DNA of 64,000 bases from Peribolospora baueri (Eukaryota), in the NCBI GenBank assembly GCA_029717555.1, contig JAMDHS010000014.1, positions 186,001-250,000 of the forward strand, in the 5' to 3' direction. The position numbers and the translations under genes were made by a program. This document shows, piece by piece, positions 42,708 through 54,682 of this stretch. Under the pieces are notes generated by a model, which saw only the letters and a list, made by a program, of their open reading frames with translations, made no database searches and was not told where the DNA came from. The first letter of the stretch is position 1, and each line of letters begins with the position of its first letter.

Positions 42708-45303
42708 TCATCCTCTTCCCGCCGGCAAGTCCTTCAGCTCGCCATCCAGGCCGACCAGGGCCAGAGGCTGCATCGCTTTGACGTACGCCTGGTTCGCCTC
42801 GTTGGCGATGAGCAGGTTGCGAAGCGCAAAGAGAGCGTGTTCTCGGATGTCTGCCGCTCCGCGAAAAGTGGGAGGGAGGACTAGAGTCAGCGGAGGGAGC
42901 CTGCCTGAACGAGCGAAGAGGAACGGGACGGCACCACTCACAGGGATTAGCATCATCCAATGGCGTCAACCCAAGCAACACCGCCAAACCGTCGCATTCC
43001 CTCACGCGATCCTGCGTCGCCCTGTCATCCACGCAGAGCGCTCCGATCAAGCGGACTAGATCCCGCTTGAGGAACATGAGCATTCGTGCGTCTTTGTGAC
43101 CCGCCGCAGGGCCCGCTGCCGCCAAAGACGTGTTGCTGTGTCGTGCTCGTGTCCCCGGGGCGGGAAGTGTGGGGGCGAATGCGACAGATTGGCGGAGGAG
43201 AGCTACGAGAACGCCAATGCATCGGGCATCGAGGACTCAGCATTTAAAAACAGCCCTGCTCCTCAACCTTACTGCTGCAGGGGAATACTCACAAACCAAC
43301 CGCTCGACGAAGCGAGTGTCTCCGCTCGTCATCCTCTCCAAAACCTTCCCGTTCGCCGCATTCCATCTTTCCCGCTGCCCCCGTCGGTCCCCCGCCGTTA
43401 ACGCAATCGTGAGGAAGCAGTGCAGAAACAGGATGAGCGTTTTGAGCACGACGGGCAGTCGCCGGTCCGGCTCAGGCACCTCCGACGCTGGTGAATCGTC
43501 CGAAGCAGTCGAAACTGCTTGTGAGCTAACCCCAACGCCAACAGCGCTGGGAGCGGACGGCGGTGTGGATACCCGCATCGCTTCTTCCGCAAAGGCGCCA
43601 AGAGACATAAAAGCATCGACGAGGAACGTCAAACCGTCGGCATCGGGGCCTGTCTCCTCCTCCTGCGATCCCCGGAAATGGAGCCATGAATCGAGCAGCT
43701 TGAGCAACGTGACCTGCGAGGAAGTTACTAGTGTCGTGTCAGAAGGGGGGGCGAGGTTGCGATAAAGCGTGTCGGCGAGGGCGTCTTGAAAGAGGAGAGC
43801 GAAGATGGTGTAGCTGGGGTCGAGTCGGGTGGACGGAAAAAAGGGTTAGATATGCGAAAGGTGTGCCTCAGTTTCACAAACGAATATGTCCAACTCACGC
43901 CAGACCTATCGAGTCCTCGGGATTCTCATCACCGTTGTCTGTGGTCGTCTTTCCGTCTTCCAACTCGTTTTCATTTTCGAGGATACCGTCGACGTGAAAC
44001 AGCAACGACTGCACGACCGACAAGCCGGCCGGAGAAGTGACGAAGCTGCGTCTGAACGAACGAGCACAATGGAAGATTAGAGTTGCCGCTCCGAAGCCAG
44101 AAAGAGATGCTTGGAAGGTAGGCAGTCTCACCTTCGTTCCCTATTGTACCGCAGGCAGTTGAGGATAAGCACTTGAGTGGCTGAGACCGTGGCAGGTTCA
44201 GGCGATGTGAGGACTCGGCTGAAGATGGAGGCAGAACGTCGATCACCGACGTAATGTTGAATGCGGAAGTGAGTAGAAGGGACAGAGGGCAGCCAGGATT
44301 ATCATACATCCCACTCCCACCTCCGCTGAGAGGGGAAATTGAATCCTCACATAAGCAGATTGTCATGAGCGCCTACGCCCACGAACGTCTCCCACAATCG
44401 CGCCTGCAGGTCGTCATTCGAAGTGATGGCGTTGGAAAGGAGCTGGACCAACGCTCTATTCAGTGGCAGGCCTTTGGGGGTTAGGGGACGGGGTGGATTC
44501 GGGATAGGTGATGGACAATGGAAGGGATCATGAGCATGTACAAACGACGACAAGAAACGATGATAAGTAAAAAGTATATGATTTGGTAGCCATGGACTTA
44601 CACTCGGTGTCGGAAAGTCGAGCAAAAGAGGTAGCATAGAAGAGCAGCATCCGTATGGAGCGTTCTTCTTCGCTGATAAGGGAAACAGAAGAACGGTGAG
44701 GGCAGAGGGGTTCCCTGTCAGACATACGCATACTCTGTATACCATAAATTCCAAAATTGAGGGCCAGGGTCTGTGAGTGTCAAGCACCGAACTTACAACA
44801 CTCTCTCCTGCGCCTCCTTGCCCCCAGCCGCGGCGTTCCTCAACATTCTTGCCAAACTGATGGCTACCAAAATCGCCACCTGTTTTACGTTCACATCAGC
44901 AGCTGGTTTTGGATCCTGAGGCGGCTTGGCTTCCGCTTCTTCCGCCGTAGAACAGTCTTGGATCGTACGGACGAGAGAACGCCAGAGGTATGAAATAGCT
45001 GGCCATGGGACAACCTCTGGGGAGGTTCGGCTAGAGGACGGGAGCAGGTTGAGGTTTCGGAAGTGGTCAACAGCTTCTGGCAGGCTCAAGCTCGAACGAT
45101 CGGAAAGAATATCAAGAGGCCGGGTTACTGCTGATGCAAGGGCCGGCACCCGACGGTGCTCACCGGTACTCCGCGTCCCTAAGCTTCGCCGCCTCCTCGT
45201 CCAGCTCGGCAATCAGCGCGCGACCACCCACGTCGGTCGAACGCAAAAACCGTTGAATGGCCTCATCAAGACTTGCAGCCTGCGCTCCAGCGCCTGTGCC
45301 CAT
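42708..45303 (-). CDS. Ataxin-10 / Ctr86-like ARM-repeat protein
   Basis: C-terminal KRDLVRLIGALC...QDRVRECDGL..LL....DDANP | IREHALFALRNLL..NEANQAYV matches the Atx10 homology domain; NDDLQARLW in the middle region. Confidence 0.88.
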
Positions 45304-45731
45304 GGCCGCGTAAGTGGGCTTGCTAATTCAGAGCTCCCAGTTTATATGGTCCTGGCTCTTCGAAGCGCGCGCGGATGCCAGATCACGTGCCGCCTTGTGA
45401 TTGATCGAAGGACAGCAAGAACGCGGTCCGTCGATGTACACGGAATGGCCTGCTATAAGACAGATGTAGAGCCTGCCAAGACCCGGTAGGATACTTCGTC
45501 GCACGCGTAGGAGAGACCGAGTGTCTTCTTACACACAAGGTGGACTCGAGAGGAAGAAAGCACTGGCGATCCATCGCTCGCTACTGCCTGCTTGCTTCCT
45601 CTCAGTCGCGACTATCAACGCGCCTGGAGAGCGCTGCGGCAGATGCCTACAACTTTGGCTGGTCTGGTCGATCCAGTCCAACTGCAACTCATCACTCCTC
45701 TTCTTCTCGCCATGCTTGCGACGTTCTCAAC

Positions 45732-48697
45732 ATGACTCGCCCTTCCTTCCTCGTGGCCGAGGAACAATATTCAGACTTACAAGACTTTATGCTTTCCGAG
45801 CCCCGAGGTCCCGATATGCGAAATGCCGAGCTCTTCCTGGCCATGATCACTGAAGCAGAACCTCCAGAGACGCTCGAGGTGGCGCCCGTTCGTATTGAGA
45901 ATACGGTCGATGACGAAAGGCAAGATCTTTCCCAGGGCCACTCATCCACATACGTGCCCCTTTACTGCATGCTCAAGTCTTCCTGTCGCCTTTTTCGCCC
46001 TTCCTCCGATGCATTCGGGGTCCAACCTTGCAGCTGTCCCCCCTTTGAGTTCCAATAAGTGGACCGCTACGTATACACCAACTCGGTGGCCCCACCACCA
46101 CCTTAGGTGCTGCAGGGCTGTGACTGTGATGCGGATGAGTGTGATCCTAAGACGTGCGCTTGCTTCAAGAGGCACATCGAGCTCGACCCAGTCAGCTGGG
46201 AAGGGTATGAGGACTTTGCCTATAATAGGGAGGGGCTGTGGGTGGGGCTTCGAGGCGCCCCTGCTTGGGAGTGCAATAGGTGCGTTGTTACTTCTAAGTC
46301 CGCCGATGTCTGGGTATATTTAGAAGCTCATATCTCTGCTGCTGGCGACTCCAAGTAAATGCGGCTGTTCCTCTTCGTGTCGAAATAGAGTCAGTATAAA
46401 GATGCGCACCCGCTCATGTCAGACAGCGTAGACGTTGACTTCGATGTTCTCTGCGCTGCATCAGGTCGTTCAGAAGGGCCGGCGCGTTCCTATTTGCCTC
46501 TTCAAGACACGCAAGAAGGGTTGGGGTACGTTTCTGATCGGCTTCCTCAGCCGCCGTAGCTCATTTTAATTCCTAGCACTTTCCATCTTGACGGACAGGT
46601 ATCAAGGCCGACAGCTACATTCCTTCCGGAACCTTCATCGCTGTCTATGCCGGCGAGCTGGTGAAGGACGAGGAGGCTGAGGTTAGGGGCTTTTTGTACG
46701 AGAAGGAGGGTAGAATATACCAGTTCGACCTCGACTTCTGGCACTGTAACGCTTGGATGAACGAAAAGAGGTTTCTGACCGGACTGCCTCTCAAGAAGGA
46801 CGCCACGCGCTGGAAGGTGAGCTACGGAGAACGGCTGGTCGCCCGGTCGCGGCCACATATGCACTGGCTTCATGCGCCAGTAATCGAATCCGTTTGACGT
46901 CCTGACTCCCTGCTTTTGTTTGGATCGGATGGATTCTCGGCAGAGGCGTCCAGTGTCTGTGACCCAAGAGCCGGAAACGCCAAACCAGTTGCGAAAGGGA
47001 AAAGACCTGGGCTCGGCGCCGAGGGCAAAACGACAGCCAACCATGGTCCTGTCTCCACCTCCCTCAGCTCTTTCGCCTCAGGTCAATGGCAAGAAGGTGG
47101 GTGCATCGTATCCTGTATCGCACGATGGAGCAACTATGCTTTAATTTCATGGATGTCGACTAGCTCAGGTTTGCAGCTACAAACTAATGTGCTTAGTCGC
47201 TGACTGGACAGTCCATATGTTTCTTTCGTACACAGGCATCGGATGTGACACCTTCCTCACGGCCGATAAACGGATCCGTCTTTCCTTCCCTAGGTCGTTC
47301 TCCGGTTCGGGATGGAAGTTCGGTGATGACGCCAATATCTCTTCTGTCCGACGGGGATGACGACGACGACAACGACTATTATCCTCCAGACGGGATCACG
47401 ATGGAGATCCGACGTCCAGCAAAAAGGCCGAGGTTAGACAACCATCCAATGTCGGAAAAGCAAAATGAGCTCGGTTCCACCGCATTTGCGAATGGCTTTC
47501 CGGCCCTTGGTCGGCACACTTGTTTCAGCCCGTCTCCTGAGTCGAGTACTGGGGACCAAAATAATGCCTTCGAAGAGGCCGTGCAGACGAAGGAGGGAGA
47601 GACGAACGACGATATCAATGAGGACGTTGATGGCCATGAAGACGTTGGTGATCATGAGGACGTTGATGATCACCAGGACGTTGGTGATCATGAGGACGTT
47701 GGTGATCATGAGGACGTTGGTGATCATGAGGACGTTGATGATCATGAGGACGTTGCTGGTCATGAGGACCTTGATGATCATGAGGACGTTGGTGATCATG
47801 AGGACGCTGATGATCATGAGGGCGTTGCTGGTCATGAGGACGTTGATGATCATGAGGACCTTCATGATCCTCAGTTAAACGAGGATCTTGTCGGTGTTGA
47901 TGCTTTCCACTATGGAAACGTGAGTTTACTCTCGGCCGGTCACTGTCTTCTGTCTGTCTGTCCGAAGCTTTCCTTACCAAGGCTTCCGGCACCCTGTCGG
48001 TTCGGTTCCTACAGATCTCTCGATTCCTCAAGTGAGCCTTGCATCGCCTTCCTGCGCTTTGCGGTCAATCTCACTGACGTGCTGTTCCTTCACACGATCT
48101 CCTTCCGTCCAGTCACTCATGCGATCCAAACTGCTACCTCCATCCGGTCTACGTCGAAGATCACGATCCACTTCGACCCTACCTTGCATTGTTCGCCAAG
48201 CGCGATATAGCCGAAGGCGAGGAGCTCACGTTCAGTTGTTTTGGCGATGACGACGACGATGTGGAAGGAGAGGAGGACGTTGTGACCAATGTTGATGAGG
48301 AAACGTACGTGTTGGAGGGACGCAAAGGGCCCCCGCAGACTGCCCTTCCTGAATCGCTCACCCATGGTAAGGCGAAAGACGCTACGACGGGAACGAGATC
48401 GGCGAGGATGTTGGCCCTCGAGCGCGTCGTTGATGCGGACAGTCCTGAAAGGCGGCGCCGAGCCGCTACGGTCGCCGCTTCCTTGTTGGGACCCGCTGCA
48501 GCGAAGAGTGAGGGGTGGGGGACTCGAAAGGATACTTGCTTTTGCGGTGAGTCCTCAATTTATGACTCGTCGCTTGTATCTTGCATCAGCGGCGTGTCTA
48601 TCTTGTCCGACCTTGTTCGTTCTAACTCGGTCTGCCATGCACGTTTCGTCCCTACACAGGCGCGAGGAATTGTCGAGGCAAGCAATTCAGCATGTAA
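45732..48697 (+). pseudogene. clr4: Clr4/SUV39/DIM-5-type H3K9 methyltransferase (pre-SET/SET/post-SET) with two in-frame stops
   Basis: PVRIENTVDDE-SCPPFEFQ*VDRYVY...PPPP*VLQGCDC...CDPKTCAC...WECNSKCGCSSSCRNRVVQKGR...FKTRKKGWG..YAGEL...YQFDLD...VDAFHYGNISRFLNHSCDPN...FAKRDIAEGEELTFSC...CFCGARNCRG. TAA at 46056, TAG at 46104. Start uncertain; functional status unresolved. Confidence 0.8.
47615..47870 (+). repeat. 18-bp in-frame coding minisatellite, about 13-14 copies, encoding (DHEDVG/D)n
   Basis: Consensus GATCATGAGGACGTTG(G/A)T inside the SET-domain insertion. Confidence 0.95.
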
Positions 48698-49084
48698 GAT
48701 GCTGCGCTTCCATCACTTTCACGTCTCCCCCTTCTTTCTTGCTGTTCGACCGTCATCGTATGCCTCCGTTCCTTCGCCGTTTGGCTTGTGTGACCCTCTC
48801 AGCATGGGACAGAGCCATCACCACTACAAGCATCCATCCATCGTCGTCCCTAGAATTTCGTTTGATCTGCTGTTGTACTGCAATTGTAACCAGGCGTGGA
48901 ACGCGCCCCCTCTGTCGTCTACACGTGATGAGATATCGATCCGATCACTTTGAGAGAAGACTTGATCTTCTAAAGCAGGTTCCAACACGCACGTCCTCGC
49001 ACCCTCGTCTCACCACTTTGCCGCAAACGCTCTTCTAAAAACATCCCCCCGGAACGACCAACCGACTGGGATTAGAAATTAGAG

Positions 49085-50590
49085 ATGCCGCCTCCAGAAC
49101 TCGAACCGACGATCACGGAGCGCGACTTCGTATTCTCCACCTTGCCAGAAGGCCTCCGCGTCGACGGGAGGGGGATGATGGATATGCGCGAGCTGGAAAT
49201 CCGTTTCGGCGAGGAGTTGGGATGGTGTGAGGTTAGGTTGGGGGAGGGAAGGTGAGTTGCTGTTCATTTCTGTGACGTGCCAGTTTTGTGTATGGAGCTC
49301 GGTCGAAGACTGGGAGACTGGGATGGTTCGGTTGTGCCGCCGGTGTGCTTGGTGAACGGCGCGAGCATAGGCTACGTTCGCAGCCCTCGGTACGGAGGGG
49401 GAAGGGGGGGGGGGAGGGTGGAATGAAACGGTGGGGTACGGTGCCCCCGATCTCTCGTCCGCTCATTCTTTCTCCCTCCGCCTTTTCGTTGCTTCTTGTA
49501 GGGTCATTGCACAAGTCTCCGCCTCCATCGTCCCGCCGCGAGAGGACCGGCCGTACGAAGGCTTCCTGATTTTGCACACCGAGGTGTCGCCTATGGCTGG
49601 ACCTGGGTTTGAAGCTGGAAGGTATGTGGAGCAAGCTCTTACCGTTCTTCATCGTCCCATTCTCTATCTGGACGGAAACTAGGGACACCCTGGAGGAGCT
49701 GACCGACCCGTCGTCGCTGGTTGTCTTTGCACCCATCAGAGCATCGGAGGAGGAGGTGCTCATCACGAGGCTCTTAGAGAAGGCTTTGAGAAGGAGCGAC
49801 GCGGTGGATAGGGAGGCTTTGTGCATCGTCGCTGGGCAGAAGGTGAGCGAGACATGGCCGCTCCCGTGTCACCCCTCTCATTTTAGTTCTGAGAATGAAG
49901 CCTCATCTCCTATCTCGTTTTTACACCTTTCGTCTCGGAAAAGGTCTGGCAAATACGGGTAGATGTCCATTTTCTCTCTCACGAGGGGAACCTTGTTGAT
50001 CCGGCGTGCATAGCCGCCATTACGGCGCTCCACCACTTCCGAAGACCGGACGTGACGGTCATCGGCGATGAGGTGGAAGTGGTGAGTGAGCGCGTGCCAC
50101 GATGCTTCCCCCTGCTCTCTGGTCCTAATCCGATTGGCTACTTTGTCTATTTCGTTCAGCACTCCATCGAGGAGAGAGTGCCAGTCCCTCTGGCGATACA
50201 TCACACGCCTGTATGCGTCACGTTCGCCTTCTTCGATGACGGGTGAGTTGAATCGCATACCTTCTTGATTTCCTATGGGCGACCATCTGCGGCCTCAACC
50301 CCCTTGTCTCACTCGGCCCATATCTGTCATCTCTTTACTTTTCCCATAGCCCCCATACCATCATCGACCCTACTGCCCTCGAGCTCGCCCTTTCCTCCTC
50401 GACGCTCACTCTCACCCTCAACGCCCAAAAGGAGATCTGCGCCCTTACCAAAGCGGGCGGCGCGCCGCTGGAGCCAGATGAGATTTTGAGGGTGATGAAC
50501 ATCGCCGTCGGCAGGGTCAGGGAAATTAGCACAAGTATCAAAAAAGCGTTGGAAGAGGATGCGAAGGAGAGAGTCATCGAGGTGCGATGA
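49085..50590 (+). CDS. RRP45: Exosome RNase PH-like subunit Rrp45
   Basis: GLRVDGR..DMRELEIRFGEELG; PREDRPYEG; LEKALRRSDAVDREALCIVAGQKVW; GNLVDPACIAAITALHHFRRPDV; ERVPVPLAIHHTP; EICALTKAGG. Confidence 0.95.
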
Positions 50591-51075
50591 CGATGACCCT
50601 TGCTAGACTTGACTCTGGGGTGGGAAGTCGAACTGGCGAAGCACAGCGGGTATGGCAGTTGTGCTCGTGCCGACTCTCGCACCTACGACAATGTAATTAT
50701 ACGCGACCGCACAACTTGGCATTCAAGTTCGGTCGCATGAGCGACCAGTGGAGCTTTCTAGCGGCTTTCTAGGAACTTTCTAGTCGGCATGTTTTTCTCT
50801 TATTGCGTCCGGTGAACGCTTATAGGACGGAGGTCAGGCCGACTTCAAGGCCACTTTGTCGACCCGACGGACGAGGCAGTGCCGAACGTAAGAAATCCCT
50901 TTGTCCCCAGAATATTCGCAGCCGCTCGCCTTGCTCTTAAGTTCTCTAGCCTCGCAAAGGCAGGACATGGTTTTGTATCGAACGTCGTCGTTATCATCAT
51001 CATCATCGCCCTCCATTCTCAGCGGCCCGCGAGAAGGAGATGTACAAAATAGAGGAAGGGGGGAACCGAAGCCTT

Positions 51076-52315
51076 TTAAAGCTCTGTTTAAAGTGAGACA
51101 AGCAAAGAGATAGTAAGCATGGTCAGCAAGAAGCACAGGAAGGAGATGGGGAAAAAGAGAAAAGGATGCAATGATCCTGTGATGCACTCACTCTGCATGG
51201 CCTGGATGTCCGAGGACTGGACGTCTGCACAAGCCAAGGAGGAAGCAGTCAATAACGGGGATCGACACGTGGAAGATGGCGGGATGGATGCCAAACGAGA
51301 ACCCACAATCCTCGAACTCCTGGATCTTCTCCTGGAGGTCATCGAGCGAGACCTTCTCGTCCTCAATGACAAGAGTAATCTGCAACTTCTTGACACCGTA
51401 GCCGATGGGGACGAGCTTGGAGAGACCCCAGACGAGGCCGTCCTGCTCGATGCCGCGGACGGACTTCTCGAGCGCAACCATGTCAGTCTCGTCGTCCCAG
51501 GGCTTGACGTCAAGAGTGACGACAGACTGTCGGTAGGTCGAAAAGAAAGGAGTGATCATCGGTCAGGACGGGGGATCAAGCGCGAGCAAGGAGAAGGAGC
51601 AAGGCTAGACGAAAAGGGAGCGATGACGCGCCTTCTGGGCAGCCTTGGGCTTGTTCTTCTTCCTCTCGTTGTACTCGGCCACCCTCTGCGCCTTGATCCT
51701 CTCCGCTTCCGGGTCCTCCTCCTCGTCCGAGCCGAAGAGCTCGAAGTCCTCGTCGTCACCACCCTCAGCGGCGGCAGCGGGGGCAGGGGTCGTACCGGCA
51801 AAGACGGCGGCGGCGGCGCTGGCATCGCCGGAGAGGGTGCTGTGCTCCGCCTCGTACGAAGCGATGTGGGAGTACCACCGAGAGATGTGCGGGTACTTGT
51901 TCTCGTCGGGGGACCTGATGGCCTTGAAGACGGTCACGTCAGCCTGAGAGGGAGTGTAGCTGAGGAGGAACAGGAGAAGGCGAATGTGAGCTAGGCAGGC
52001 TAACCGAGTCGTCGACACCCCATTGCCAGTCCAGCTCTCGCTCTCGCACTCCGTCACCACGCAGAAGGATCAGAAAGCTTGGAAAAAAGGGTTTCGTCAA
52101 AGCATAAAGTGCGGGGTCTTACGCCGCGGACTCGGAAACACGGACCAAAGCTTAATTTCATCTTTTCCCTTCAGCGCAGCGAGGAGCGGAGAAGGCAAGA
52201 AGGACTGGTGCACAACGTTCTGCTTGTCGACTCACCCAGAGAGGTAGGCGCGGGTGGAGAGCGCCTGCTCAAGCTGGCTGAGGCCAGCGTCCGTAGTGAA
52301 GTCGGGGAGAGACAT
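51076..52315 (-). CDS. EFB1: Translation elongation factor 1-beta
   Basis: [79 protein letters not shown]. Confidence 0.97.
52064..52172 (-). ncRNA. snR18: Intronic C/D-box snoRNA U18/snR18 homologue
   Basis: On the transcript strand: terminal stem GAAGG/CCTTC, C-like box AAGATGA, guide TTGGTCCGTGTTT complementary to LSU rRNA (G)AAACACGGACCAA, D' box CCGA, C' box TTGACGA, D box CTGA. Confidence 0.9.
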
Positions 52316-52559
52316 TGCGCAAACGAGAAAGGTATGTGGTGGAGGAGAAGAAGGTGGGCGGTGATGGGGGTCGTCGTCGTCGTCGCCTCCTGTCTTCCTT
52401 CCTTCTTGGGGCGTCAGATTTTCTCGCCGCCCTTTTCTCGCGGCACGTGCCCAGCACAAACCCCGCTTCTCTCCGCTATTCCCCGTCGAAGGCACATTCG
52501 ATCGGACCATCCTACCGTTGAACTGGCTGGCCGGCGACGACCATCACAAACACGGCAAG

Positions 52560-54364
52560 ATGGACCTTCTCAAAGCCGAAATCGAGAGGAAGCGCAAAGC
52601 CGATTCACTCTCTTCTTCCTCGGCACCTAGCGTCAGTGGAGCCGCGACCAAGTATGTGCGACGGGGCGAGCTGGAAAGGCGGAGGGAGGAGGAGTACAGG
52701 CGGGAGCAAGAGGAGAAGCAGAGAAGGAGGGAGGAGAAGGAGCGTAAGGAAAGAGAGGAGAAGGAGAGAGGGTGGAAGAAAGGGAGGGACAGGGCGGTAT
52801 GTTTTTTGGTATATTCTTCTTTGTGTTTAGCGAGTCAGTAATGCTCACTCCGGTACCCGCGTCTCCTCTTCCGCTGGCCTTGCTTGCAGAGCGCAACTCC
52901 CGAGATCCTCTCCGAAGACAGCTCGCGAGGAGGTACCCCGACAGTGGCAGCGGCCATTATTGATAACTTAAGCGGAGCGGGAACGACGAAGGAGGCTTTC
53001 AATATTTCCAACGAAGAGGCCATTCGACGTCTTCGCGCCAAAGGTCAGCCTATCCGCTTGTTCGCCGAGTCAGACAAGGAGCGACGGTTGCGCCTGCGTG
53101 CCCTGGAACTGATCGAGGAAAAGGGCGGAGGCAGGGAAGGGCAGAACGATTTCATGAGAGCATTGGGAGATATGGAGAGCGGGATGGATCTGGAGGAAAT
53201 TGAGCGCAGGGCCCAGACGAGTGCCGCCGGCGCAGGAACTGCACGCAAGACCACCGAGGACAAGAAAAAGGGCAAAGAGGAGGCCGGAGGCGCCGATGGT
53301 ACGGATGTCAATGCGACTGGACAGGAAGAAGAGGATGGTATGGGTCCGCCACTCGACCTTGACCTCTTGAGGAAGGATCCGAACAAGCTTTATCCAAAGA
53401 TCTATTACATGCTGAAAGTTGGTGATATCCGCCACCTCATCCTTCACGACAGAGAAGACTAAAGACTGACGTGACCATTATTTGCCGCACTTATCGTTTG
53501 CCTCAATTGTTCTATTCCATTGTTTGAAATCAGGACCTGCTGAAGGAATGGGAAGAATCGATGGCACAACGACCGGATCACCTCAAACGGAGCACGCAGG
53601 GGAAATTGGCAGCCGCCACACAGGTGCAGACGGCCGAGTATCTCAAACCGTTCTTCAAGGCTCTGCGGAAAAGGGTGGGTGCTTGCCGCGGTCAAGCTGT
53701 GTCCGTTTTGCCTGATCCTGTGTCGGCTCGGACTGACTCGTTCGATCCACCTTGTCCATAATACCTCACTCCAACGCAGGACCTAGAACCAGACGTCCTA
53801 GGCCGAATATCGGAGATCGTGCATCACATGCAGAAGCGCGAGTACCAGAAGGCCAACGACGCTTACCTTCGCCTGTCCATCGGCAACTCTCCATGGCCTA
53901 TTGGTGTGACCATGGTCGGGTGAGTGATCGTGTGGTCTTCGCGTGGTCTTCTCGTCCTTGCCTCGACTTCTGACGTTTTGGTCGCTTGACAACTGATTAA
54001 CGCTGGCAATTTCACTCTCTCGTTTCTCACAGTATCCACGAGCGTTCGGGACGTGAGAAAATTTTTAGCAGCAACGTCGCCCACGGTGAGCCATCGTAGT
54101 GTCCTTTCACTTCCAGATCCGTCCTAGTATTTGCACGTACACCAATTGTTATCGCTCTTTCGGTCCGTTTACTCGTTAACAGTGCTCAACGACGAGGTCA
54201 GCCGGAAGTATATCCAGAGCCTGAAAAGGTGAGCGTAGCCTCGCCCATCTTCACGAGAGGAAATTTTGACTGACCGCCATTCTCCCGTGCATCATCAACC
54301 CAGGTTGATGACTTTCGCGCAGACGAGATACCCGCCATGGGAACGTTCGCAGCTTATGGGATAA
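52560..54364 (+). CDS. PRP18: Pre-mRNA splicing factor Prp18
   Basis: [112 protein letters not shown]. Confidence 0.96.
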
Positions 54365-54682
54365 ATGGGGAGCTGCCAGACTTCTTCCTCCTCTTCAGGA
54401 TGGCGGCTGTTGAGGAGGTCAAAGCTTTGCTTGTAGTCGCTTGTGCCCGCCGGAACTGTATCTCTAGCTGTCATGTTCTTGCACTCCACTTCGGTTCTAA
54501 TATGTCCGAAATATATTCCTCTCTTACTTATCGGCCACGTGTGACAGGTACCAACTATATGTTCTTCTTCCAGTCTGCGACCGACGTCTCTCCCTGAGTC
54601 GCTCACAAAATTAGGCGACGGGAGATTCGAGAAGAGAATCACGGCTCGCTCGCATCGAAGCGAGTGCGAGCCTACGATCGGA

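Noticed and set aside
47615..47870. Regular repeat array that might suggest CRISPR
   Set aside because: Tandem 18-bp units with no unique spacers, in frame within a eukaryotic exon.
52135..52148. rRNA-identical 14-mer as an rRNA gene fragment
   Set aside because: It is explained as the snoRNA guide; there is no flanking rRNA similarity.
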